NCBI GenBank assembly: GCA_963817895.1
Contig: CAWFQB010000005.1
Location: 256,001-320,000 of the forward strand
Direction of reading: 5' to 3'
Length of the DNA: 64,000 nucleotides
DNA from: an uncultured Chthonomonadaceae bacterium
GTDB taxonomy: Bacteria > Armatimonadota > Chthonomonadetes > Chthonomonadales > Chthonomonadaceae
In this document: positions 31,129-40,555 of the stretch, in pieces
Numbering within the stretch: position 1 is the first letter of the stretch
Layout of the letters: each line of letters opens with the position of its first letter
Made by a program: the position numbers and the translations under genes
Notes under the pieces: model-generated
Databases searched by the model: none
The model's input: only the letters and a program-made list of their open reading frames with translations
Told to the model about the DNA's origin: nothing

Positions 31129-31738
31129 ATGCAGGCAGATTTATCGCAGATACAGTCGGACACGGCCTCGGCGAACGAAGTCATTCGGTCGTATCTGCAA
31201 GACAATTTAGAGATGCTGCTGCAAACCATGCGCGTCTTTGTCAAAAAGGCCAACCTTGCTGGCAGTCAGGGCATTGATTTCGCTTCTGAAGAGCTGCTTG
31301 GCATGGTGATGAACATTGCTCTGCAAAAAGCAGCCACTTTTGAAGTTAGTAAACCTCCGAAAGCCTGGATTTTAGGCATCGCCGCACATGTCGTCTTGCA
31401 GGAACAGCGGCGCGTTTTTGGCCGCAATCGGCGTGAAGTCAGCATTGATAACGAGTATACAGAAGAGTCTGCGCTGGATTGGTGGAGTGAACTGGCTATC
31501 CCTGGCCCGGAAGCCGAAGTTCTGGCGCGGCATAATGTGGCGTATCTGCTTTCATTGGTAGCAGATAAAGATCGTCCGCTCGTGGAGTTGATGATTGTAA
31601 AGGAGATGAATTCCGAAGTGGTCGCAGCCAAATTCGGCATCAAGCCGGGAACGGCGCAGCGTTCGCGTGTTTCGCGCGCTGGAGCGAGCGCGCAAAATTT
31701 TGGAACCGCAGCAGGCATTGGAGGGAAAGCAGCGATGA
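31129..31738 (+). CDS. ECF-type RNA polymerase sigma factor; 1-nt frameshift near 31658
   Basis: Region 2-like KAWILGIAAHVV; region 4-like LLSLVADKDRPLVEL...EVVAAKFGIKPGTA. The shifted frame continues VRVFRALERARKIL...KQR* with an ATGA overlap into the next gene. Confidence 0.78.
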
Positions 31739-32412
31739 ACGAAGAAAACCGGAGATCGCTCTCTGACAGCGAACTGGAGGCGTCGGAACGTCTGGCGCGC
31801 GAAAAACGGCTGTTCGCCTACCACTGCGCACTGGAAAACGGTGATTTTGAAACCGTGACCGCGATACTGGCGGAGGCGGAGCAGGATGCAACGCTGGAGC
31901 GAATGATTCTGGAAATCAACACCGCGCACATAGAGGAAATCCAGCAAACCACGCAAGCGCAGGAAGACACAGCTCTCATCGGCTTGCTGCAAAAACACTT
32001 TCCTAGCGCTTACATGGATGCGGGAGCCGACGCCGAGGACGAGATAGAACTGCCGCCCCTCACCATTGCGGACGTGCTGGCGCAGGTGCGTCCCGGTGAG
32101 GATTTAACGCAGGCGGCAGAGCGTAATGAACTGAACGCGCTTCGCAGCCGCGCGGCGGGATCGGAGCCGATCCCACAGGATTTGAGCGGGCGCGGCGTTC
32201 GGCAGTTCCTCGCAAGTCTGGGTATTACGATGAGTCGGCGAGTGGAAAACGCTTTTCGCAATACCGCCATTCTGCTGGCGCAGGGTCGGCAGCAGAACAT
32301 GGCGCAATTGGCCGCCACGCGCCGCCAGCGTTCCGCCTCCCAACATTCCACTTCCAGACCTCCGGTATCGGAACGTTCTGATTCTGACAAGGATTCTGTT
32401 TCGGAACAATAG
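31735..32412 (+). CDS. hypothetical soluble protein (225 aa); candidate anti-sigma factor
   Basis: ATG 31735 after GGAGGG, overlapping the sigma stop codon; helical and acidic, no transmembrane segment. Confidence 0.7.
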   Translation: MNEENRRSLSDSELEASERLAREKRLFAYHCALENGDFETVTAILAEAEQDATLERMILEINTAHIEEIQQTTQAQEDTALIGLLQKHFPSAYMDAGADAEDEIELPPLTIADVLAQVRPGEDLTQAAERNELNALRSRAAGSEPIPQDLSGRGVRQFLASLGITMSRRVENAFRNTAILLAQGRQQNMAQLAATRRQRSASQHSTSRPPVSERSDSDKDSVSEQ

Positions 32413-32423
32413 GATTTTCGCCC

Positions 32424-33152
32424 ATGACCACCGCCCTGTTCCCGAAGAACATTGACACCGTCATAGCCCACTTGTACACACAATCGGACGCCCCGTTGCC
32501 GACGCTTCAGCGTCCCATTGTGTCGCTATTTGATTTGACGCGCGCCTATAGTCTGGTCTGCCGGGAACTGCCTGGCCTGACCAGCCATATCGCGTCCGAA
32601 TTTCTCCTGCGGCGCAACGGACTTGTCTCGCCTTTGAAAGAAGCCAATCACATTCCGCTCGCCGGTTTTCTCTATGCCACAACCGATTTCGGTAGCATTT
32701 TCGTGGAAAAGAACGATCCCGTGGTACGGCGACGCTTTTCGGTTGCGCATGAAATCGGACACTATCTGCTGCATTTTCTGCCTCTACTGAAGGCATCGGC
32801 GAACGGAAGCGGAAGCGTTGCCGATTGGATTACGGATGCTTTTGTCGGCGTGGACAAAGAAGATGAGGCGCGTGCCACATCGAACGGGCATATTGCCGTA
32901 ACGCTGTCGGAAGGAGTTCCAATTCCACAGACGCCATTTGAGCAGATGGAGCAGGAGGCCAATGAGTTTGCCGCCCGCCTGCTAATGCCTGCCGATTTGG
33001 TCACGTCCCTGGCGACACAATACGGCGTCCGCTATCGTAATGAGGAGCTGTCTTGGCGGCTTGCCACGGAAATGCTGGTCAGCCATGCTGCCATGCAATG
33101 GCGGCTGCGTCATCTCAACATTTTTGCAAGTCTGAACGCCGACCGGAATTGA
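32424..33152 (+). CDS. ImmA/IrrE family Zn-metallopeptidase
   Basis: RRFSVAHEIGH (HExxH) and EQEANEFAARLLMP. Confidence 0.92.
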   Translation: MTTALFPKNIDTVIAHLYTQSDAPLPTLQRPIVSLFDLTRAYSLVCRELPGLTSHIASEFLLRRNGLVSPLKEANHIPLAGFLYATTDFGSIFVEKNDPVVRRRFSVAHEIGHYLLHFLPLLKASANGSGSVADWITDAFVGVDKEDEARATSNGHIAVTLSEGVPIPQTPFEQMEQEANEFAARLLMPADLVTSLATQYGVRYRNEELSWRLATEMLVSHAAMQWRLRHLNIFASLNADRN

Positions 33153-33193
33153 CAAGAGCGTCTATTTGCCCCAAATACCGCACGGAGAGCCGA

Positions 33194-34252
33194 ATGGGAC
33201 TGGAATTTTTACGAAACTACGGTGCGCAACGCGTCCAAAATTATCCCGGCTTGCCGACGATGATCGGCGATATGCAGGCCGCCAATGACGAGGACAAACA
33301 GCGCATTAACCTGGATTACGAAGTGGCGCGCGATCAGTGGCAGGCGCAAAACACGGCGGGTGTGGCGGCAGATACGACTGCTTTCACCGAGGGACCATGG
33401 TGTCCGCGATGCTTCATAGACGGTAAGGATGTGGGGCGCACAGTAGCCTGGCTGCGCAGTAAGGAGGGCTATCCTGTTCCCGTGCGCCTGGCGGAAATCG
33501 GCGCGCTGGCGATGCAAAACGAGAACGGCTGTCTGCGGCGCGATTTTCATTGCGTAGAGCGTGTCATTTCCATGATGGCGGATGCGTTTCCCTGGGAGGA
33601 TGTGGAAGCGTTCGCAATGGAATTGCAGGCCGCGGGGTTTCGGCTGCTGATATGTGGGGCACCTCCGAAGGATGCCAATCCCTACGATTTCGAGATTATG
33701 CGCCAGGCCACATACAGCCGTACTATGAGTGAGATGATCCGGCTGGAACGGGTAGCCCTCAACCAGTGCTGTAATGCGCCGACTGTAATTGATGGCCGAT
33801 TGGAAACGCGCGCCGGGGCATTCGCGCACCATCAGGATGCGGTTGTCGGATTGATAAAGACTCACTCGCGCAACTTTCTGCATACGCAGGGCTGGAACAC
33901 GCTTTATGATTTGACCCCTGGCCAGCGTACGCCTGTATTTCAGTTGGAAGATGATAGCGTCAGTGTGGTAACGTGGTATCTGCGCATAGACGGCGGGCGC
34001 AGCGACATGCCGAACTGGGGCATTGTGCGCGTAGAAGCGCCGCGCCTGTTGTTCGAGCAACAGATGGGGCAGGACTGGAACTATATCAATCAACTCTCGC
34101 GCCTGCTGTGCCGCTACCGTACGCGCGATGCCGGGTATGGGCGGTCCGCCGTTACTATTCACCCCATTCAGCGGGCCGAAGAAATGCTCGGTTCCCTTTT
34201 CACCAATGCGGACACATTAATCAGCCGCTTTTATCATCTCACGAATCTGTAA
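33194..34252 (+). CDS. nurA: NurA-like 5'-3' nuclease
   Basis: FIDG, VIDGRL, VVGLIKTH, LTPGQRTPVF, TWYLRI, GIVRVE and PIQRAE; adjacent to herA. Confidence 0.8.
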   Translation: MGLEFLRNYGAQRVQNYPGLPTMIGDMQAANDEDKQRINLDYEVARDQWQAQNTAGVAADTTAFTEGPWCPRCFIDGKDVGRTVAWLRSKEGYPVPVRLAEIGALAMQNENGCLRRDFHCVERVISMMADAFPWEDVEAFAMELQAAGFRLLICGAPPKDANPYDFEIMRQATYSRTMSEMIRLERVALNQCCNAPTVIDGRLETRAGAFAHHQDAVVGLIKTHSRNFLHTQGWNTLYDLTPGQRTPVFQLEDDSVSVVTWYLRIDGGRSDMPNWGIVRVEAPRLLFEQQMGQDWNYINQLSRLLCRYRTRDAGYGRSAVTIHPIQRAEEMLGSLFTNADTLISRFYHLTNL

Positions 34253-34278
34253 ACTGTTTGCTGCAATTTTGTCTCCGG

Positions 34279-34309
34279 TCTGTAACAAAAGCAGGAACTG
34301 AAGGGAATA
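34279..34309 (+). promoter_or_regulatory. putative ECF-sigma promoter TCTGTAACA-N15-GGGAATA, copy 2
   Basis: In the nurA-herA gap; exact match of both boxes and of spacer length to 31032-31062. Confidence 0.7.
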
Positions 34310-34402
34310 TCTCGCATCGGGCGCGGAATTTGCTGTTTGAAGCGAACGCTCCAAAATATCCTCGTCTTAACAAAAGCGCGAACAAGAAAGAAGCGGGTCA
34401 CT

Positions 34403-36319
34403 ATGGCAGAGATTTTGAATGCAGAGATTCTGGAAGCAATCGGAAATGGAACGGCTGTTGTGGAAACCAGCGCAGGCAGTCCGGCGTCAGCGGATTTCGC
34501 GACAGAGTTGAAATCGCGTGGGCCGGTGTCGCGGCCGGATGGGCGATTGTGCGTGGGGCGCGTAGGAGCGCCGCCAACACAGGAAGCCACCAGCGAAGAA
34601 TTTTGTTTCTGGGTTCCGCCGGATGCGTTGGTGGAAAAGTCGCAAATCGTGACGTGCATGAGCAGGGTTGCGGGGCAGAAGTACACGTACTATGCCATTG
34701 TGGATGAGGTGCATCGGTGCAGCCGCAAGCGCAGCATGGGACATGAGGTGGATGAGGCCGACAACGACCTGGATTACGAGCCGCCGTTTGAAAGCGAAGG
34801 TTACACGTATGCCACCGCCACTATCCTGCGCGTGGAGCCGATGGCGCTCACCCCGCCCCGCGAACGCAGCGACGTGATGATGGGCAATGAAGCGGATGTG
34901 GAAAAAGCCTACAGCGCGGATGAAATCGCTCCCGGCAGCCGCCTGGCCGTTGGACTGGTCAAAAATGGAGGCAATCGCATAGCGGGACCGGGCTATATAG
35001 ATACAGACTACCTGCTCGGTGCAAATGGGGGCCACCTCAACGTCAACGGCGCGGCGGGACGGGGAACCAAATCCAGTTTTCTATTGTGGATCAACTGGCT
35101 GCTTTTGGGAGAAGCGCGGCGGCAGGAGGCCGCAAACCCTACGCGCAAAAACCGGCTTCGCATCGTGCCCATCATTCTCAACGTCAAAAACTTCGACTTG
35201 TTCTACATTGATCGCCGCAGCGTGAAGTACGAACCGGACAAACATCTGCCGGACTGGCAGGCGATGGGGTATGATGACCCTCAACCGTTTACCGACGCGG
35301 TTTATTACGCCGCGCAGCAACGGGATACGAACCAGGCCGTTCCCACCGGGCGCGCGAGTGGGGTTATGCCTTACAGCTGGAGCCTCAAAGATGTTATCGT
35401 CGAAGGGCTGATGGAATACTTGTTCGCCGAAGCGGACGCGAACGATGTCAACTTCAGCGCCCTGATTCTGGACATTCAGGACTGGCTCACACGAACGCAA
35501 CCCCGTAATGCGGGCAGCGTTGCGTTTACCCTGCGTTCCGACGGACCTCAGACATTTCGCGCACTGCTGGATTGGGTAAACGCGCAGGCGGCAGCAAAGG
35601 ACGAGACTCGCGTTGTGAGTTCGCACCATACAGCAACGTGGAAGAAACTGGCGAGGCGTCTCATCAAATTGATCTATGAATGTCAGGGGGCGTTGCGCAC
35701 CGAAGACAACAATGGCAATCCGCTGGACGTGCGGCGAAGCGATACCAGCGCCCCCATTGTGGTAGACCTGGCCGCGCTTGCTGGCGAGTCTATGATGCAG
35801 CGTTTTGTCGTGGCGACAATCTTCAAGCAACTTGTCGCCGAGCGCACGGGCGCGAAAGCCATCGGGGGCTTGATCTACCTGGTGACGCTGGATGAACTCA
35901 ACCGCTTTGCGCCGAAAGGCGCGAAAGACCCCATTACACAGTTGATTGAAAAAGTGGCGGCGGAAATGCGTTCTCAGGGCGTAATATTGCTGGGTGCGCA
36001 GCAGCAGGCTTCACGAGTCAGTGAGCGCGTCATTGAAAATGCGGGCATACGGGTGCTTGGCAAAACCGGCGTCATTGAACTTGCTGCAACCGCATGGCGC
36101 GGCCTGTCCGACAGCGCCCGGAGCAAGGCGGATCGCCTGCCGCCGGATGAAAAATTGATTTTACAGGACAATTTTCGTGAGCCGATGCACGTCAAAGTTC
36201 CGTTTCCCGTCTGGGCTATGAATCCGCAGGAGGCGCTTTCCGCCCCGCCCTCCTCCCTGTCCACACCCGGCGCATCGTCAGTAGAGACGGACGATCTGGA
36301 CGGCCTGCTAGCGGATTGA
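34403..36319 (+). CDS. herA: HerA/FtsK-superfamily ATPase with an N-terminal HAS-barrel-like domain
   Basis: Variant Walker A GHLNVNGAAGRGTKSS; Walker B VTLDELNRFAP; MRSQGVILLGAQQQAS. Confidence 0.85.
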   Translation: MAEILNAEILEAIGNGTAVVETSAGSPASADFATELKSRGPVSRPDGRLCVGRVGAPPTQEATSEEFCFWVPPDALVEKSQIVTCMSRVAGQKYTYYAIVDEVHRCSRKRSMGHEVDEADNDLDYEPPFESEGYTYATATILRVEPMALTPPRERSDVMMGNEADVEKAYSADEIAPGSRLAVGLVKNGGNRIAGPGYIDTDYLLGANGGHLNVNGAAGRGTKSSFLLWINWLLLGEARRQEAANPTRKNRLRIVPIILNVKNFDLFYIDRRSVKYEPDKHLPDWQAMGYDDPQPFTDAVYYAAQQRDTNQAVPTGRASGVMPYSWSLKDVIVEGLMEYLFAEADANDVNFSALILDIQDWLTRTQPRNAGSVAFTLRSDGPQTFRALLDWVNAQAAAKDETRVVSSHHTATWKKLARRLIKLIYECQGALRTEDNNGNPLDVRRSDTSAPIVVDLAALAGESMMQRFVVATIFKQLVAERTGAKAIGGLIYLVTLDELNRFAPKGAKDPITQLIEKVAAEMRSQGVILLGAQQQASRVSERVIENAGIRVLGKTGVIELAATAWRGLSDSARSKADRLPPDEKLILQDNFREPMHVKVPFPVWAMNPQEALSAPPSSLSTPGASSVETDDLDGLLAD

Positions 36320-36332
36320 AAGGAAAACGCTG

Positions 36333-37667
36333 TTGAAACTGCTGCATACCGGCGACTGGCATATCAATGCCCGCCTGGGAAATCGCTCCCGATCGGAGGA
36401 AATTTTTACGGCGATGGGGGAAATCGCCGACTTGCTGGAAACGCACAGGGTTGACGTGATGATTGTGGCAGGCGACCTGTTTCGGGACCCGCACATGGAT
36501 AAACGGGAAACCGGCGAAGTCGTCGGTCGTATCAAATCCTTGTTTGGACGATTTCTGGAGCGCGGCGGAACTATTGTCGCCATCACGGGCAACCACGATA
36601 GCGAAATCGCCTGCCGGACATTGCGTGACACGCTCGCCCTTGCGCCCGCAAAGCCGACCCCACTTACCAGCATCCTGCCATCAGGCAGGCTATATATCGA
36701 AACCGAACCCAAGCGTATTCGCCTTGCCGATTCGGAGGGCGGAATTGTGCAATTTATCCTGATGCCGTATCCGAATTCTATGTATTTACGCGGCGAAACC
36801 ACACACGCGGTGGGCAATGCCGCGCGCAACCGCGCCATTTATGAGAAATATCAGCAGGCGGTCACGCGCCTGACCGAGACGCCCGCTTTTGACGACACGT
36901 TACCCGCCGTGTTCGTCAGTCACATTCATGTGCGGGGCGTCAATGCCAATGCCCGTACCGCCTACGAGGTGAGCGAAGCCGAAGACGTTATCTTTGAACC
37001 GGGCGATATTCCCACACACTTCACATACGTGGCTTACGGACATATTCACGACGCCCGACAAAAGCCCACAGCCAATGCAGAGCATGTTCGCTATTGCGGC
37101 AGCATCGTGGCTTTGGACGCGGGTGAGCGCGACGATGTGAAAAGCGTCGTCGTGTTCGACATTACGGGCGGCAAAGCCGTTAACATCAAGGAAATTCCGC
37201 TTTCCGCGCCCAAATTCATTCATGAGATCACGCTCAACGCGGAAACAAGGGATCATGAACGCCTGGCGGAACTGTTCCCTCACATCGCGCCCGACCGCGA
37301 TCTGGTCAAGTACAATGTGGTTTATACGCCGGGCGTACATAACCTTGCAGACATCGAGCGCGCCGTTCAGGATACGTTTCCCGGCTGGTATGCGCGCAAG
37401 TTGGCTCCTTCCCAGGAGGCCATAACAATATCAACTCCGCTGCCGCCCCGTCGCAATGTAGAAGCAAACATCCGCGAGTATATCACGGCGCATTACGACG
37501 CAGGCATTACAAACGAGAAGAACGAGGTTAAACGTCTTGCCGCCGAGGCCGAGCGTGATGCGCTTTTGGAGTTGGCGATGGAGTTGTGGCATGAATGCAG
37601 CGCCGAAGCGGTAGTCTGCGGGGTAGAAACGGCAATCGGGGAAACGGCAAGAGAGGTGGCGCAATGA
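36333..37667 (+). CDS. sbcD: Mre11/SbcD metallophosphoesterase nuclease
   Basis: LLHTGDWH; VAGDLF; GNHD; YVAYGHIH; YCGS. Confidence 0.93.
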   Translation: MKLLHTGDWHINARLGNRSRSEEIFTAMGEIADLLETHRVDVMIVAGDLFRDPHMDKRETGEVVGRIKSLFGRFLERGGTIVAITGNHDSEIACRTLRDTLALAPAKPTPLTSILPSGRLYIETEPKRIRLADSEGGIVQFILMPYPNSMYLRGETTHAVGNAARNRAIYEKYQQAVTRLTETPAFDDTLPAVFVSHIHVRGVNANARTAYEVSEAEDVIFEPGDIPTHFTYVAYGHIHDARQKPTANAEHVRYCGSIVALDAGERDDVKSVVVFDITGGKAVNIKEIPLSAPKFIHEITLNAETRDHERLAELFPHIAPDRDLVKYNVVYTPGVHNLADIERAVQDTFPGWYARKLAPSQEAITISTPLPPRRNVEANIREYITAHYDAGITNEKNEVKRLAAEAERDALLELAMELWHECSAEAVVCGVETAIGETAREVAQ

Positions 37668-40525
37668 TTCCAACTCGTATTCGGCTTCAAGGGTTTCTCA
37701 GCTATGGCAGCAACGCGCAGACGCTGGAATTCGGCGATTCGCCGATGTGGCTGCTTGCCGGCCCTAACGGCGCGGGCAAATCTTCGGTTTTCGACGCCAT
37801 TCAGTTCGCCCTGTATGGCTCCCACCGGGACGGCAAAACAGGCTTCGACAATCTGATTCATAAAGGGCAGGATCGGTTCGAAATTGAGGTTGAATTCATC
37901 GCCAATGACCGAACGTTTTGCGTAAGGCGTTCGCGCGACAACCGAGACAACCAAACCTGTGAAGTATTCGAGGTGACAGGCGAGGGCCCGAACCGCAGCC
38001 TGAAAGCCCTTCCCGAAGTGGGCCGCGCCACGCTGACGCAATGGGTGCAGTCCACGCTGGGCATGACCGAAGAGACGTTTGCCGCCTCTACGCTGCTCAA
38101 ACAGGGTGGCAGCGACGCGCTGATCGAGGCCGATAAAAACGAGCGATTCAAGATGTTGAGCGAACTGGTGAATTTGTCGGATTACGACCGGCTGTACAGC
38201 AAGGCAGACGCGCTGCACAAACACTGGAAGGGAAGGCAGGAAAGCGCGAAACGGCGCATGGACGCGATTTTCGCGAACGGAGATAGCGGGTTGAAGGACG
38301 CGCGGCAGGAAAGCGCGGCGCAGGAGCGGCAGGCGCAAAAACAGCAGCGTATTCTGGATGCCTCCAAACGGCTGTTAAGTCGTCTGGGCGCGCGCAAAGT
38401 CCATGCGCAGAATCTGGTCAAACTCGTCCGCGAGGAGCAGGAACTGCAAACAGCCATCAAGGAAGCCGCGCCCACTCTACAACAGGAAGCGCAGATTCAG
38501 GCAGACTCGGCGCGTTGGAATGGCCTGCGAACCGCGCTGCCCATCCTGCGAGAACTGCGCAGTGGACTGGAAGCGCGGGCGCGCTGCGAAGCCGACCTTG
38601 CCGCCAATGCGCCCAACCAGGATTCCTGGCAGACAGGGCTTGCCAGCCACTACCACTTGCCGGAGGAAACGGACGGACTGCTGACCATACTGCTTACAGC
38701 AGTAGAAGCGGAGGAATCCGCGCTGACCGCCACGCAAACCGCCCTGCCCTGGCTGCGGATGTTCGCGGAAGCGCGCGCGGAAGGGCAACTGGCGAAGCAG
38801 GTGCATGATCTGCAAAACGCTCGTTCCAGACAGATCAGCCGCATTAGAACCCTTGTGGAAGCGAAACTACAGGGCGCGGATCAGGCGAAAACCGATGCTG
38901 AACGACTGGCGCAGGAACAGCGCGACGCCTGGCGGAACGCGCAAATGCAGGTAAAAACGGCGCAGGAACGCGCCCATCAAATGGACGCGCTCGACGGTTC
39001 ACCGGCCTGCGACATCTGCGGACAGGAACTATCCCCCCTTCATCTGGCTACAGAGCGCGAACGCCGAACAAGCGCGCAGCAGATGGCGGAAGCGGCATTG
39101 CTGGAAGCGGAGTGCGCGTATCGCGCCGCTCAGGAAGCGCAGCAGCAGGCGCAGACACGCTGCCGTCTCTGGCAGGGGCGGCAGCAAATGCTCGATACAA
39201 AGTCCGGTCAGTTGGAAGCAGACAAGCGCGCTACTAACAGCGATTACAAACATGCCCGCGCCAACGCGCAAAACGCGCTGAATGCCCTCGCCGGTCTCAG
39301 CGATAACTACGCGGCGGCGATTGGAATTGCCGCGCAAGCTGTTCTCGACAACAGCCTGGAATGGCTGGACTCTACCTATCCCACCGATAAGGATTGCGCC
39401 CACTTGCTGCGGCAGTGCGCCCGGCTGCCGCAAACCCGAACCATTCTGGAAGCGGTACGCGGCCTGTCACAAAGTGACAGCAAAATCAACCAGAATCTGT
39501 GTCTGCTTACAGACGAGTGGCGGCAGGAAGTGATGGAACTGGACGCAAACCGCCTGAAAACCAGGATCATCGGGTGGGACAGGGAAACAGCGGAACTTGC
39601 GGGCGCGGATACCCGGTTGGCGTTGCTGACTACAGCGAAAGATAAGCAGGTGGCCCGCCAGTTGCGTCTTGAGCGTATCGGCGTGGATAGACAGGAGATT
39701 CTTTATCAGGCCGAATGTGACGCGGACGCGCTCGATCTTGAAAGCATTGAATGTCGGATGCGTTACGCTGATGCCCGACAGATTCAGGCGCAAACGACGC
39801 GCGAAAACGCGCTGAAGCGGCAGCAAACGCTGGAGGAGAACAGCCTCGCGTACTGCCGGGAGCGCGAGGATTGGAAATCCGCCGAATTAAAGGCCGCGCG
39901 CCACAAGAAACTGGCCGAACTGATCGGGCCTGTCGGCCTACAGCGCGAACTGCTGTGGGAAGCGGAAAGAGGCATTCTGGCCCATGCCAACGAAACTCTG
40001 GAAACGCTTTCCGACGGACAACTCCGTCTGCAACTGCGCAGCGAGATGAACGAGCAAACCGCGTCGGATGGCGTGAAGTTCAAAAAAATCGCCAAATCTC
40101 GCTTGAAGGAAGCCTTCGACGTGGTGTGCTGCAACAGTGAAATTGGCGGGCATGGCATCGGACTGGCGTTTCTGAGCGGCAGCCAGAAGTTTCGCGTTGC
40201 CGTCAGTTTGGCTCTGGGCATAGGGCAGTATTTTGGGCGTGAGGGACAGGGAGCGCAAGCGGTTATCATTGACGAGGGGTTTGGCAGCCTGGACAAGCAG
40301 AACCGGGACGTGATGATTGCCGAACTTCAAAAACTAAGCGGCAAACTCAAGCGCATCATTGTTGTCTCACACCAGGAGGAGTTTCGAGACGCCTTCGAAT
40401 ATCGCTACGACATTCGCCTGGATAAGCATAATCACGCCTCTATAACCCAAATGGTGACGCCGCTGCATCCGGCGGTGGACGAAAGCGATACAAACGCGAT
40501 GGCAGAAAATGAGCGCAAAATTTAA
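37664..40525 (+). CDS. sbcC: Rad50/SbcC SMC-like ATPase
   Basis: GPNGAGKS; coiled coil with CDICG zinc hook; LSGSQ; IIDEGFGSLD; VVSH. ATGA overlap with sbcD. Confidence 0.93.
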   Translation: MIPTRIRLQGFLSYGSNAQTLEFGDSPMWLLAGPNGAGKSSVFDAIQFALYGSHRDGKTGFDNLIHKGQDRFEIEVEFIANDRTFCVRRSRDNRDNQTCEVFEVTGEGPNRSLKALPEVGRATLTQWVQSTLGMTEETFAASTLLKQGGSDALIEADKNERFKMLSELVNLSDYDRLYSKADALHKHWKGRQESAKRRMDAIFANGDSGLKDARQESAAQERQAQKQQRILDASKRLLSRLGARKVHAQNLVKLVREEQELQTAIKEAAPTLQQEAQIQADSARWNGLRTALPILRELRSGLEARARCEADLAANAPNQDSWQTGLASHYHLPEETDGLLTILLTAVEAEESALTATQTALPWLRMFAEARAEGQLAKQVHDLQNARSRQISRIRTLVEAKLQGADQAKTDAERLAQEQRDAWRNAQMQVKTAQERAHQMDALDGSPACDICGQELSPLHLATERERRTSAQQMAEAALLEAECAYRAAQEAQQQAQTRCRLWQGRQQMLDTKSGQLEADKRATNSDYKHARANAQNALNALAGLSDNYAAAIGIAAQAVLDNSLEWLDSTYPTDKDCAHLLRQCARLPQTRTILEAVRGLSQSDSKINQNLCLLTDEWRQEVMELDANRLKTRIIGWDRETAELAGADTRLALLTTAKDKQVARQLRLERIGVDRQEILYQAECDADALDLESIECRMRYADARQIQAQTTRENALKRQQTLEENSLAYCREREDWKSAELKAARHKKLAELIGPVGLQRELLWEAERGILAHANETLETLSDGQLRLQLRSEMNEQTASDGVKFKKIAKSRLKEAFDVVCCNSEIGGHGIGLAFLSGSQKFRVAVSLALGIGQYFGREGQGAQAVIIDEGFGSLDKQNRDVMIAELQKLSGKLKRIIVVSHQEEFRDAFEYRYDIRLDKHNHASITQMVTPLHPAVDESDTNAMAENERKI

Positions 40526-40555
40526 GGGGCGCGTTCGTCATAAGCGTCCTTTTAT

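Noticed and set aside
31054..32412. Single 452-aa ORF in the track
   Set aside because: Better explained as a sigma factor plus a second gene joined by a 1-nt indel; an internal RBS and ATGA overlap are present.
33149..33180. TTGACA before nurA as a sigma-70 promoter
   Set aside because: It overlaps the IrrE stop codon and has no convincing -10 box.
33194..36319. Calling NurA-HerA a known anti-phage system such as Sir2-HerA or DUF4297-HerA
   Set aside because: The partner has NurA motifs rather than Sir2 or DUF4297, and linkage to SbcCD favours end resection. A defence role is not excluded.
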